Shown here one piece after another: positions 17,819-27,005 of a stretch of 46,457 bases of DNA (position 1 is its first letter; each line of letters begins with the position of its first letter). The DNA is from Bdellovibrio sp. (GTDB lineage: Bacteria > Bdellovibrionota > Bdellovibrionia > Bdellovibrionales > Bdellovibrionaceae): assembly GCA_046318155.1 (NCBI GenBank), contig JBKCUU010000083.1:1-46457 (forward strand), written 5' to 3'. A model generated the notes under the pieces. That model made no database searches. It was not told the origin of the DNA and was given only the letters and a program-made list of their open reading frames with translations. The translations under genes were made by a program, and so were the position numbers.

Positions 17819-19354
17819 TCAAGCTAGAGGGAATCTGATTTCGAAATCGGTGCCTTTGCCTTTTTCGCTCTCGACGAAAATCTGGCCCCGATGAAGCTCT
17901 AAAATTTTAAGCGTGATTGCAAGTCCAAGACCCGTGCCTTTGGGCTTTGTCGTATGAAAGGGTTCGAACATCCGCTTGCGCGTGCTTTCTTCCATACCAC
18001 AGCCTGTGTCGCTGAAGCGGATGATCACATGCTTATCCCGGACTTCCGCCTTGGCTGAAAAGCGGGCCATCTCACTTTTCTCCATCGCCTGAAAGGCATT
18101 GATCACAATATTTAAAAAGGCCTGCTTCAGCTTGTCTTTATGAACTCTGATCAGCAGCCCAGCTGTTATGTTGCGTTCGAGGACGACATCTTGGCGCAAC
18201 TTGGAATCACGGCTGACGACATCGAGGACTTCATTGAGCATCGGGCCTATATCATGCACTTCAATGGGCGGTTTTTCAGGCTTAGCAAAATCTAAAAAAT
18301 CACCCACTAAATTGTTAAGGCGGTCGATCTCTCGCAAGATGATTTTATTGAGCTTCTTATCCGTCTCGTTCGCTGTTTGTTCACTCAAAAGCTCGATCGA
18401 ACCACTAATGCCGGCGAGAGGGTTGCGAATCTCATGCGCGATTCCCGCGGCCAACTGCCCGACGGCCGCTAGCTTTTCGGACTGACGAACGGCGTACTCA
18501 AGTTTACGCACTTGAGTTTGATCTTCGACAAGCACAAGATACGCTTGTTGATCCGGCAGATTTTGATTTAAAACTTGAACGGTGTAAACTTTTGTATCGT
18601 CTTCGTTTTGAATGACGTGTTCGACTTTGCCTTTACCAAGCGCCTCTCGCCACGAAAAGCCCGGAATCACTGTCGCCATCGTTGCCGACTCAAAATCGAG
18701 CTCACCAAAAATATCCGATGCACCAGGATTGACTTGCAGAACACGGCCCTTCACATCAACGGTTAAAAGTCCCGTGGGAATCGTTTCAACAATAGACTCG
18801 TTGATTTTTCGAAGAGCCGAGAGACTAAGCCCCTGCGCTTCAAGCTGATCAGTCAAGAGTCCCGAAATAGCTGCCACCGAAAAGAACGCCAAGTTGTTCA
18901 GGATCAATAGAAAGAAAAATGTGAGGGATTTCATCTCGGGCCCTAAAGCCAAGATCAAGGTGGTCGCAATCGAAAATCCAGCCGCTAACATCAGCGCGCC
19001 GCGAGTGCCAAAAACCATTCCGCAGACCAAAATGACCAACAGATCCAAAAAAAGAAAAATCGATTGGTTAAGCTCAGTCTGGTAAAGCAAATACGAAAGC
19101 AACACTAAATCGAGAACAAAGGAAAATCCCACCAGTAAGCGGCGCTCAAAGAAAGACCGCGCAAAAATCAAACTAAGAATGTGAACACAAAGCCCTACGA
19201 TTGCCGCAAAATAAAAATGCTTCAGCAATACCCAATTCAAAAATTGCTCTTGAAACAAGTGCTGAAACAGCGCGAGTAAGACGATGAGGACGTAAATTCC
19301 CGTTCTCATCCCTTGGATCAAGACTCGCTCAAGTGGAAACTTCTCCTGGGTCAT
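17819..19354 (-). CDS. pilS: Sensor histidine kinase PilS
   Basis: About 6 N-terminal TMs, PAS-like region, AHEIRNPL H-box, N/G boxes (FEPFHTTKPKGTGLGL). Between pilC and pilR. Confidence 0.88.
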   Translation of the reverse strand: MTQEKFPLERVLIQGMRTGIYVLIVLLALFQHLFQEQFLNWVLLKHFYFAAIVGLCVHILSLIFARSFFERRLLVGFSFVLDLVLLSYLLYQTELNQSIFLFLDLLVILVCGMVFGTRGALMLAAGFSIATTLILALGPEMKSLTFFFLLILNNLAFFSVAAISGLLTDQLEAQGLSLSALRKINESIVETIPTGLLTVDVKGRVLQVNPGASDIFGELDFESATMATVIPGFSWREALGKGKVEHVIQNEDDTKVYTVQVLNQNLPDQQAYLVLVEDQTQVRKLEYAVRQSEKLAAVGQLAAGIAHEIRNPLAGISGSIELLSEQTANETDKKLNKIILREIDRLNNLVGDFLDFAKPEKPPIEVHDIGPMLNEVLDVVSRDSKLRQDVVLERNITAGLLIRVHKDKLKQAFLNIVINAFQAMEKSEMARFSAKAEVRDKHVIIRFSDTGCGMEESTRKRMFEPFHTTKPKGTGLGLAITLKILELHRGQIFVESEKGKGTDFEIRFPLA

Positions 19355-20586
19355 TGAGCTCCCGCGACACTCGCCATATCGAAAATTGGCAAGTACATGG
19401 CGGTTACAAGAAACGCGATGATCCCTCCCAGAACAACCATCAAAATGGGCTCTATCAGCGAGGTCATGGACTTGACCGCATTCTCAACGTCATCCTCGTA
19501 AAAGTCTGCGATCTTTCCCAGCATCGTATCCAAAGTTCCGGACTTCTCGCCGATGGCGATCATTTGGGTGACCATATCGGGAATCATCCGCTCTTTGACG
19601 AGCGGCGAAGTTAGCGGGCGCCCCGCCGTGACGGCCTCTTTGCTTCGAATCAGGGCATCTTCGATCACTCTATTCCCAGCTGTTTTTGCCGCAATATCCA
19701 AGGCCTCGATCACGCTGACACCCGATGAAAGAAGGGTTGATAATGTTCGAGTCATGCGCGCGATCGCCGATTTTTGGACGAGCTCGCCGAACAAAGGCGA
19801 TTGGATAAAAAACCGATCCATGGCGTCTCGGCCCTCGGCCGTTCTGTACCATTGCATAAGACCAATTGGCACACCAACAATCACAGCTAGAACAAGGTAC
19901 CATTGATCGATAAAAACATTTGAAATACGAATCACCATTTGCGTGACGCCCGGTAGCTCTTTACCGCCACTGCTATAGAGTTCCTGAAATTTTGGAATGA
20001 TAAACACCAGAATACCCGTCACCACGACCATCGCGACAGCGATAATCGCCGACGGGTAAACCATGGCGCCCTTAATTTGTTTTTTGATTTTTTCCGACTT
20101 CTCCATGTAAATCGAAAGACGACCTAAGATGTTATCTAAGATACCCGCCTCTTCGCCAGCACGAACCATGTTCACAAAAAAACGGTCAAAGACCGCTGGG
20201 TGCTGGGCCATCGAGTCACCCAAGCGGCGTCCGCTTTCGATGGCTTCACGAATAGAAACAGCCACATCCTTGAGTAAAGGATTTCGTTTTCCCTCACTGA
20301 GCATTTTGAGAGAATCAACAATGGGAATACCCGCGTTAATCAGGGTCGAAAACTGACGCGTAAAGATCTGCAAGTCCCGTGAACTCACGCTGGGCTTAAA
20401 CATATTATCAAGTACAGACATAGCCTTACTGCCGGAGCCGCCGCCGCCGCCCATGCTAATGACCCGAAGCGGAGTCAAATTGCGAGCACGCAACTTGACC
20501 CGAGCGTCGTTTTCGTCCGAGGCATCGACCTGACCCGTGGTGATTTGCCCCACCGCCGTTTTTGCCTGATAAAGAAATTTAGCCAT
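19351..20586 (-). CDS. pilC: Type IV pilus platform protein PilC
   Basis: FTRQFSTLINAG, AGEEAG, AMVYP, IGEKSG, EPILMV, MYLPIF. Confidence 0.95.
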   Translation of the reverse strand: MAKFLYQAKTAVGQITTGQVDASDENDARVKLRARNLTPLRVISMGGGGGSGSKAMSVLDNMFKPSVSSRDLQIFTRQFSTLINAGIPIVDSLKMLSEGKRNPLLKDVAVSIREAIESGRRLGDSMAQHPAVFDRFFVNMVRAGEEAGILDNILGRLSIYMEKSEKIKKQIKGAMVYPSAIIAVAMVVVTGILVFIIPKFQELYSSGGKELPGVTQMVIRISNVFIDQWYLVLAVIVGVPIGLMQWYRTAEGRDAMDRFFIQSPLFGELVQKSAIARMTRTLSTLLSSGVSVIEALDIAAKTAGNRVIEDALIRSKEAVTAGRPLTSPLVKERMIPDMVTQMIAIGEKSGTLDTMLGKIADFYEDDVENAVKSMTSLIEPILMVVLGGIIAFLVTAMYLPIFDMASVAGAQ

Positions 20587-20600
20587 GACGACCTTTCAAG

Positions 20601-21617
20601 TTAAATCCCGACTTTCTTCAGCAGCAAATCAAACTCATCAGGATTTTGCGACTCATGAAACGCAGACCGCATCTCGATCTTTCGCCTGAGCAAGAGCTGG
20701 AGCAAAGACTGATTCAGAGTCCGCATTCCTGTTTTTTCGCCCGCCGTTTTCATTTCATTCTCAATGGCAGACCACTCGCCCATTCGTAAGGGCACTCGAA
20801 GCTTCTGAGTAACAAGCAAAAGCTCAACGGCGGGCACGAGCGCCGACTCAAGACCCGCGATGAGCCGAGTCCCCAAGCCCATCTGCAAACTTTCAAGACC
20901 GCGGCGTCCTGAGCGCTCGTGAAACTCGCGCCACCGCTCAAGCGCGCTAAACAGATCAATGGCGGTCATTGAAAATATAACGTGACGTCCCGATTCACAA
21001 AGATCTAAAAGCACAGGCCAACTCGTGATCGGAGCGTCATCAACGATCACAATATCAGCTGGGCCCGCCAGTGCTTGGGACAAAGCTTTAAGTGTAAAAC
21101 TTGAGGCTCGCGCGGGCACTTGGACTTGCATTTGATCAGAATAAATATGAACCAATCGCTCCCCGGCATCGCCGCCCAACTTCTGCGCAAGCAAGGACAT
21201 GAATGACGACTTACCAGAAAATCCGGGGCCTGCCACGATGGTCATGCCGCGAGTCCGCGTCATCACCTCAAGTGTATGGGCCGGCAAATTCCAAGAATCC
21301 CAGTCAAGCGCCTCGGTGCCCCGCCAGCGAAATGAACCAGCAATTCCTTGCTCCGTCATCTGCAGCTGCAAATTAAGCGGACGGTTCATCATTCGCAATT
21401 GGCCAGACCAATACCCTCTTTCAAAAAATTCGCGCTTGTCCAACTCACTTAAAGACGAACTCAAGACCGTCTTTGTTTCTTGAGGTGCCCAAGCTTCATT
21501 GGTCAAATCTTTCCAGTCACGTCCAACCCGAACTCGCGGTGGCTGGCCCGGCGCCATCCACATCTCGCCGGCTCGCAATTCGATAGCCTTGGTCAAAAGT
21601 TGTTCCAACCTGCTCAT
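20601..21617 (-). CDS. pilT: PilT-like protein with degenerate ATPase motifs
   Basis: Position between pilB and pilC, Walker A GPGFSGKSS, GMRTLNQSL. Asp box, Walker B and His box are altered. Confidence 0.7.
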   Translation of the reverse strand: MSRLEQLLTKAIELRAGEMWMAPGQPPRVRVGRDWKDLTNEAWAPQETKTVLSSSLSELDKREFFERGYWSGQLRMMNRPLNLQLQMTEQGIAGSFRWRGTEALDWDSWNLPAHTLEVMTRTRGMTIVAGPGFSGKSSFMSLLAQKLGGDAGERLVHIYSDQMQVQVPARASSFTLKALSQALAGPADIVIVDDAPITSWPVLLDLCESGRHVIFSMTAIDLFSALERWREFHERSGRRGLESLQMGLGTRLIAGLESALVPAVELLLVTQKLRVPLRMGEWSAIENEMKTAGEKTGMRTLNQSLLQLLLRRKIEMRSAFHESQNPDEFDLLLKKVGI

Positions 21618-23311
21618 GCATCCCTCACTGAGGCATTCAAAACCTCTTGAATGGTGGTTTCACCACGTTTCAACTTTAACAGCGCTGAACGCCGAAGCGT
21701 GCGCATGCCTTCTTGCCTTGCTAACGTCCGCAACTGATTTGCTGAAGATCCCGACAAAATAGCTTCTTTCATCTTTTCGCTCATTTTCATGAATTCAAAA
21801 ATGGCGATTCGGCCTTTGATGCCTGTGTTGTTGCAAGTATTGCAGCCGCGCCCCTGATACACGTGGTACTCGGAAATTTCATTCTGCGGGACGCCCAGGC
21901 TTGCCAAAATCTGCGGCTGAACTTCGACGGGAGTCTTGCACGCATCGCAAATTTTTCCGACCAAGCGTTGAGCCACGATCAAACTAATCGTCGATGTTAC
22001 AACGTAAGGGGCAATGCCCATCTCAATTAATCGAGCGACTGTTTGCGGAGCATCGTTCGTGTGCAGTGTGCTCACAACCAAGTGACCCGTACTTGCAGCC
22101 TTGGCTGCGATTTCGGCCGTCTCAAGATCTCGGATCTCACCGACCATAATGATGTCAGGATCCTGACGAAGAAATGACCGCAAGGCTTCGGCAAAATTAA
22201 GATCGATATCAGGGTTCACTTGCAGTTGATTAATTCCATCCAAATTAAACTCAACAGGATCTTCAGCGGTCGAAATATTGACATCCGATTGGTTTAATTC
22301 TGAAAGGGCTGAGTAAATCGTGACGGTTTTGCCAGAACCGGTCGGACCCGTGATCAAGATCATCCCTTGTGGACGATGAATCTCGTCCTTAAAAAGCGAA
22401 AGATCTTCGGGCTCAAACCCCAGCTTTGTCATATCAAGTTGTAAATTCGATTTATCAAGCAAACGCAAAACGACTTTTTCCCCGTGAATCGTAGGCATCA
22501 CGCTGACTCGAAAATCCATGTCTTTGCCGCCCTTGTACTTCACCTTGATGCGTCCATCCTGGGGGCGTCGCTTCTCGGCGATATCAAGCTTACTCATGAT
22601 CTTGATGCGACTGGCAATCGCTGCCGCGGCGGTATTGGGCTGTGTATTAGCTTCGATCATGTTTCCGTCAATACGAAATCGAACGCGAAACTTTTTTTCG
22701 TACGGCTCAAAGTGAATGTCCGAAGCCTTTTTTCGAATGGCTTCGGTCATAATGGCATTCACAAACTTGATGATTGGACCTTCATCTTCCGAACCTGAAT
22801 CGATCGTCTCGGGACCCGAACCAAACTGAATTTCAAATTCTTCACCCTCTTGAGATTGCTCAACTTCACGGATGATCTCGCTGACGTTCGCGCCAAAATA
22901 CTTTTCGATCGAGGTGTGGATCGACGTTTCAGTCGCAACGACGGGTTGAATTTTTCGGCGTGTTAAAAATCGCAGATCATCACGAATCTGAATCTGAGTA
23001 GGGTCCGAGAAAGCGACAACTAAGGTTGTCTCGCCCACTTTTTGAATAGGAATTAATGAATTGCGATCACAAAAATCACGATTGACCAATCCCAGCGCTG
23101 CGGGCTGAATCGCAAACGTATTGAGATCAACGCCTGGCAACTGGTAATGCTTTTCAAGAGCCTTCAAAACTTGCGCGTCTTTAACAAACCCAAGTTGAAC
23201 CAAGGTGGCCGTCAGTTTAGAATTATTCTTGCGGCTTTCCTCAAGAGCACGAGCCAATTGCTCGGGTCTGACAAGACCTTGCTTGACGAGAATTTCTCCG
23301 ATTCTGCTCAT
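21614..23311 (-). CDS. pilB: Type IV pilus extension ATPase PilB
   Basis: ASDIHFEP, LDIAEKRRPQDG, GPTGSGKT, TAEDPVE, LRQDPDIIMVGEIRD, TGHLVVSTLHTND, CxxC..CxxC, MshEN-like N-terminus. Confidence 0.96.
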   Translation of the reverse strand: MSRIGEILVKQGLVRPEQLARALEESRKNNSKLTATLVQLGFVKDAQVLKALEKHYQLPGVDLNTFAIQPAALGLVNRDFCDRNSLIPIQKVGETTLVVAFSDPTQIQIRDDLRFLTRRKIQPVVATETSIHTSIEKYFGANVSEIIREVEQSQEGEEFEIQFGSGPETIDSGSEDEGPIIKFVNAIMTEAIRKKASDIHFEPYEKKFRVRFRIDGNMIEANTQPNTAAAAIASRIKIMSKLDIAEKRRPQDGRIKVKYKGGKDMDFRVSVMPTIHGEKVVLRLLDKSNLQLDMTKLGFEPEDLSLFKDEIHRPQGMILITGPTGSGKTVTIYSALSELNQSDVNISTAEDPVEFNLDGINQLQVNPDIDLNFAEALRSFLRQDPDIIMVGEIRDLETAEIAAKAASTGHLVVSTLHTNDAPQTVARLIEMGIAPYVVTSTISLIVAQRLVGKICDACKTPVEVQPQILASLGVPQNEISEYHVYQGRGCNTCNNTGIKGRIAIFEFMKMSEKMKEAILSGSSANQLRTLARQEGMRTLRRSALLKLKRGETTIQEVLNASVRDA

Positions 23312-23355
23312 GATGCCGGTTCCCTCTTCTTCTAAATTCTAGAGGAAAGGCCGCA

Positions 23356-24150
23356 TCACTTCATCAAAAAGGTTTTTCTTTTTTCGGCGTACTCATCCAG
23401 AGACCAAGGCAAAAGTCCTGGAAAAAGTGAAAAGGCTTTAGCTTCAAAAAAGGCCTGCGTCACGGAGGCTTCGATCAGAGCAATTCTGGAGTTCTTCGTT
23501 TCAAGGACCAGGGTATTTTCTTTGATGGTTTCATGGGTTTCGACGACTAGACCTTCGAGCGAGAGAAAATTCAAGTAGGACAAATCCGCAATCACATCGG
23601 GGTACTCGTGGGGGTCGACCGTATTGACCAAAAGCGAACCGTCATTTGGCCTTAATGTCAGCTCCGAGTGTTGAATCAAATCAATATCGACACCAAAACA
23701 AAAACGCCTGAGTTCTTCTGCAATGAAACGACCGGCGCTCTTGTCCGTTACAACAATTAAGAGTGATTGAAATCCCATTTGGACAGCGATGACGCAAAAC
23801 AATTTTGCCCAAGGACCAGACCCCGAGATGTAAGCTTTCTTGCGGTTATCAAGCGTACGAGTTCCGCGCGCAAAGAGTTCGACCCCATTTTCACGGAGAA
23901 AATTTTTAGGATTCGGACCTTGCGGTGTCATCTCGATAAAATCAACAAATCCGCACTCTTGAATACTGCGAGGGATGCGCTTCAAATGATCGAGAATGGC
24001 CTCGGAATCATCGGGGTTGACGAAAATTCCGCGCAAGTCTTTACGAGCAAAGAGCTCTTCATAGGGAGCCTCGACCCAATCGACTTGCAAGTTTAAGGAC
24101 CGCCAAAAGGAAAGACTTGCTAGGTTGGCCGCAGCCCCGAGTTTTATCAT
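23356..24150 (-). CDS. Degenerate shikimate-dehydrogenase (AroE)-fold protein
   Basis: AroE-like length and order of motif remnants (GFVDFI for GAVNTI, GSGPWA for GAGGAA, LLVNT for IINAT). Catalytic Lys and Asp are not evident. ATGA overlap with ribF. Confidence 0.55.
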   Translation of the reverse strand: MIKLGAAANLASLSFWRSLNLQVDWVEAPYEELFARKDLRGIFVNPDDSEAILDHLKRIPRSIQECGFVDFIEMTPQGPNPKNFLRENGVELFARGTRTLDNRKKAYISGSGPWAKLFCVIAVQMGFQSLLIVVTDKSAGRFIAEELRRFCFGVDIDLIQHSELTLRPNDGSLLVNTVDPHEYPDVIADLSYLNFLSLEGLVVETHETIKENTLVLETKNSRIALIEASVTQAFFEAKAFSLFPGLLPWSLDEYAEKRKTFLMK

Positions 24151-25079
24151 GTGAGCTCCGCTAAGATTTGCTTGGCCTTGGCACCGTCGCGGCTGATTTG
24201 CTCGCGCAGTTCATCCAATCCCGAAAATTTTTGCACGCCGCGAAGAAGTTCAAAGAATTCGACCCGCACCTTTTGCCCGTAGATATCACGTGAGAAATCA
24301 AACAGATGCGACTCGAGCCGAATCGCCTCGTTGCCAAACGTCGGTAAGGGTCCTAGGTGAGTCACCGAATCAAACCGCTCATCACCCACCGAGGTGCGGG
24401 TCGCATAAACGCCAAGCAATGGATGGACGATTTTTTCGAGGTGCACATTGGCAGTCGGAAACCCAAGTCCCTGGCCTCGCGAATCGCCATATTCAACTAA
24501 ACCGGCAAGGTAATAGGGCCGTCCCAGAAGTGCCCGGGCTTTTTTGACATTTCCAAGACTTAAAGCTTTGCGGATCTCACTTGTACTCACGATCCCGGCA
24601 CTGGTTTGTATGGGTTGAACAATTTCAACATGGGTGCCGCGGCGCTCGCCCCACTCTTTAAGAAGTTCAACCGAGCCCCCCCGTGCCGAGCCGAAACGAA
24701 AGTTAAAACCGACAACGAGGGCCTGCGGACAGAGCTCGGGACCGAGGACTTTTTCCAAAAACTCGGCCGCCGACAATTGTGAGAAATCTCGTGAAAAGGG
24801 CAAGTACAAAACGCCTGACATGCCGTGAGTTTCGAATTGGTGCTGCTGATCTTCGAGGTCAAAAAGTCGCAGATGAGGGGGCCGTAAAATCGCCAAAGGG
24901 TGCGGATCAAAGGTCACGACGGTTATTGGTAGGTCCAGCTTGTCGCCCCAGGCCTTGGCACGCTTAAGCAGAGCTTGATGGCCCAGATGAATGCCGTCAA
25001 AATTCCCGATCACCACGACTTGGGGTTGCTGCCGGTAAGGGTTTTGCGAGGCCCCTTCCTTAACAAAAAAATTCTTCAT
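24147..25079 (-). CDS. ribF: Bifunctional riboflavin kinase/FAD synthetase
   Basis: IGNFDGIHLGHQ, TFDPHP, VGFNFRFG, VSTSEIR, LGFPTAN, ESHLFDF..IYG. Confidence 0.96.
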   Translation of the reverse strand: MKNFFVKEGASQNPYRQQPQVVVIGNFDGIHLGHQALLKRAKAWGDKLDLPITVVTFDPHPLAILRPPHLRLFDLEDQQHQFETHGMSGVLYLPFSRDFSQLSAAEFLEKVLGPELCPQALVVGFNFRFGSARGGSVELLKEWGERRGTHVEIVQPIQTSAGIVSTSEIRKALSLGNVKKARALLGRPYYLAGLVEYGDSRGQGLGFPTANVHLEKIVHPLLGVYATRTSVGDERFDSVTHLGPLPTFGNEAIRLESHLFDFSRDIYGQKVRVEFFELLRGVQKFSGLDELREQISRDGAKAKQILAELT

Positions 25080-25154
25080 ACCCCCCCATAGTAACCTCTC
25101 TAGGGCCTTGAAAGAACTTGTATTTCCGAGTCTCTTTGCTAAGTTGCGTCACGC

Positions 25155-27005
25155 ATGATTCGAATATCAAAATGGGGCCTAAGGGTCTTCGAACGCTTCG
25201 TTCGACGAAAATGGGGAGTCCTCTGGCGCGGGGCCCTTTGCTGGGCCCTGGGCGCTCTCTTTTTGGTGAACGACGAAGGCTCGGGATTTGATACACGCTT
25301 CCAACTGCGCGGAGAAAAACCACCCCACCAAGAAATTGTTCTGATCAATATGCGTCCCGCTGAAATGTCGATCAGTGTCTCATCTAGCAAACGCCGCCTG
25401 CGCTTTGCTCCGGAGCAAAGTGAGATCATGGATGTGACGGATTCTTTTTACTGGGACCAAAAAATTTGGACCGAGCTACTTCAAAAGGTGTTAGCCCAAA
25501 ACCCCAAAAAAATCGGCGTGTCGCTCTTTTTTAACGAGAACTTGGGACTTCCCCGCATGAGCCCTGCCGAGCTGGCTGTTTTTCAAGATCCGCGCATCGT
25601 GTGGGGAGCTCTTTCGAATGCCGCCGACCGCCCGTCGCTACCGCTTTTTTCAAAATATGACCGACGCAATGTGGGTTCGCTTGATCTCGTCCGTGATCAA
25701 GACGGACTGATCCGGCTCTTCTCACCTGTGCACAACGAGATTCCGCATTTTATCGAAAAGCTCAGCGGGCAAACGATCAACGGACCTATGCAAATCAATT
25801 ACAAGGGCGGCTCCGCCGTATTTCCGCAATATAGTCTGACCGATTTGCTTGAAGAGATGCTTCCAGACAAAACTCTTGAGGGAAAGTACGTACTCATCGG
25901 GTCCGAGAGCTTGTCGAGCACACAGTACCTGACTCCGTTTGGACCGCAGAACCGGGCCTCGGTCTTGGGGCAACTCTTGGACAATGCGCTGACAAAAAGT
26001 TGGATCAAAAAAGCGCCCTTCGTCTTGTACCTTCTGATCTTCGTGCTGCTCGAAATTTTATGTATCTTTTTGATTACCCAGTACCCGCATAGTATCGCCT
26101 TCGTTTTCTTGGCGTGGATTGCCACGATGATCACGGCACTTTCAGCTTGGGTGTTTGATACGTTTTCGATTTGGCTCCCCGTGATGTCACCGGTGCTGCT
26201 CCTGTTGACGACCTGGGTGATCTTTATTGGCTACCAGGCCAATAAAATCGAACAGCGCAACTACGAACTCAAACAAGAGCAAAAAGCCTTGCAAGAACTT
26301 GAGCAGCTTAAAAACAACTTCGTTTCATTGATCAGTCATGACCTCAAAACCCCCATCGCTAAGATTAGCGGCGTGGTGGATCGTATGCTGACAACGTCGA
26401 CCGAGCCCGGGACGCGGCAGGATCTCGAAAAACTGCACGCCTACTCTGAAGAGTTGAACCGATATATTCAGTCGATTCTCAAAGTCTTGCGGGTTGAGTC
26501 GCGCGATTTTAGACTCAATCTCGAAGTTGATGACATCAATGAGATGATCGTGCGCGTGATCGAACAGGTGCGTCCCTTGTCGCAGCAAAAAAATGTTACA
26601 CTTGAAACCCAACTCGAACCCCTCTTTTCGATTGAGGCCGATTTCACGTTGATTCGGGAAGTCATCCTGAATTTGGTCGAAAATGCGATTAAGTATACGC
26701 CCGCAGGGGGACGCGTCTTGGTTAAGTCCGCCGAAATTGAAGATACCGTTATCGTGGAAGTCCAAGACAATGGTCCCGGGATTGCGCCTGATGAACTTTC
26801 GCAAATCTGGGGCAAGTTTACGCGTGGTAAAGATCAAGAATTGAAAACAAAAGGCAGTGGACTCGGCTTGTACCTCGTGAAATATTTCGTTGAACTTCAC
26901 GGCGGTGACGTCGGGATCGAAAGTGAACTGGGACGAGGCTCCAAAGTGCGTTTTCGGCTCCCCCTCGAGGTCCCGGGCCCTTTCCCAGAGGAGAATTTGA
27001 CATGA
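25155..27005 (+). CDS. CHASE2-domain sensor histidine kinase
   Basis: Extracytoplasmic domain with DQDGLIR and LEGKYVLIG..LTP, then three TMs, SHDLKTP H-box, NLVENAIKY, DNGPG, GSGLGL. Confidence 0.88.
   Translation: MIRISKWGLRVFERFVRRKWGVLWRGALCWALGALFLVNDEGSGFDTRFQLRGEKPPHQEIVLINMRPAEMSISVSSSKRRLRFAPEQSEIMDVTDSFYWDQKIWTELLQKVLAQNPKKIGVSLFFNENLGLPRMSPAELAVFQDPRIVWGALSNAADRPSLPLFSKYDRRNVGSLDLVRDQDGLIRLFSPVHNEIPHFIEKLSGQTINGPMQINYKGGSAVFPQYSLTDLLEEMLPDKTLEGKYVLIGSESLSSTQYLTPFGPQNRASVLGQLLDNALTKSWIKKAPFVLYLLIFVLLEILCIFLITQYPHSIAFVFLAWIATMITALSAWVFDTFSIWLPVMSPVLLLLTTWVIFIGYQANKIEQRNYELKQEQKALQELEQLKNNFVSLISHDLKTPIAKISGVVDRMLTTSTEPGTRQDLEKLHAYSEELNRYIQSILKVLRVESRDFRLNLEVDDINEMIVRVIEQVRPLSQQKNVTLETQLEPLFSIEADFTLIREVILNLVENAIKYTPAGGRVLVKSAEIEDTVIVEVQDNGPGIAPDELSQIWGKFTRGKDQELKTKGSGLGLYLVKYFVELHGGDVGIESELGRGSKVRFRLPLEVPGPFPEENLT

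Noticed and set aside
26325..26900. 191-aa minus-strand ORF
   Set aside because: Antisense to the conserved histidine kinase core.
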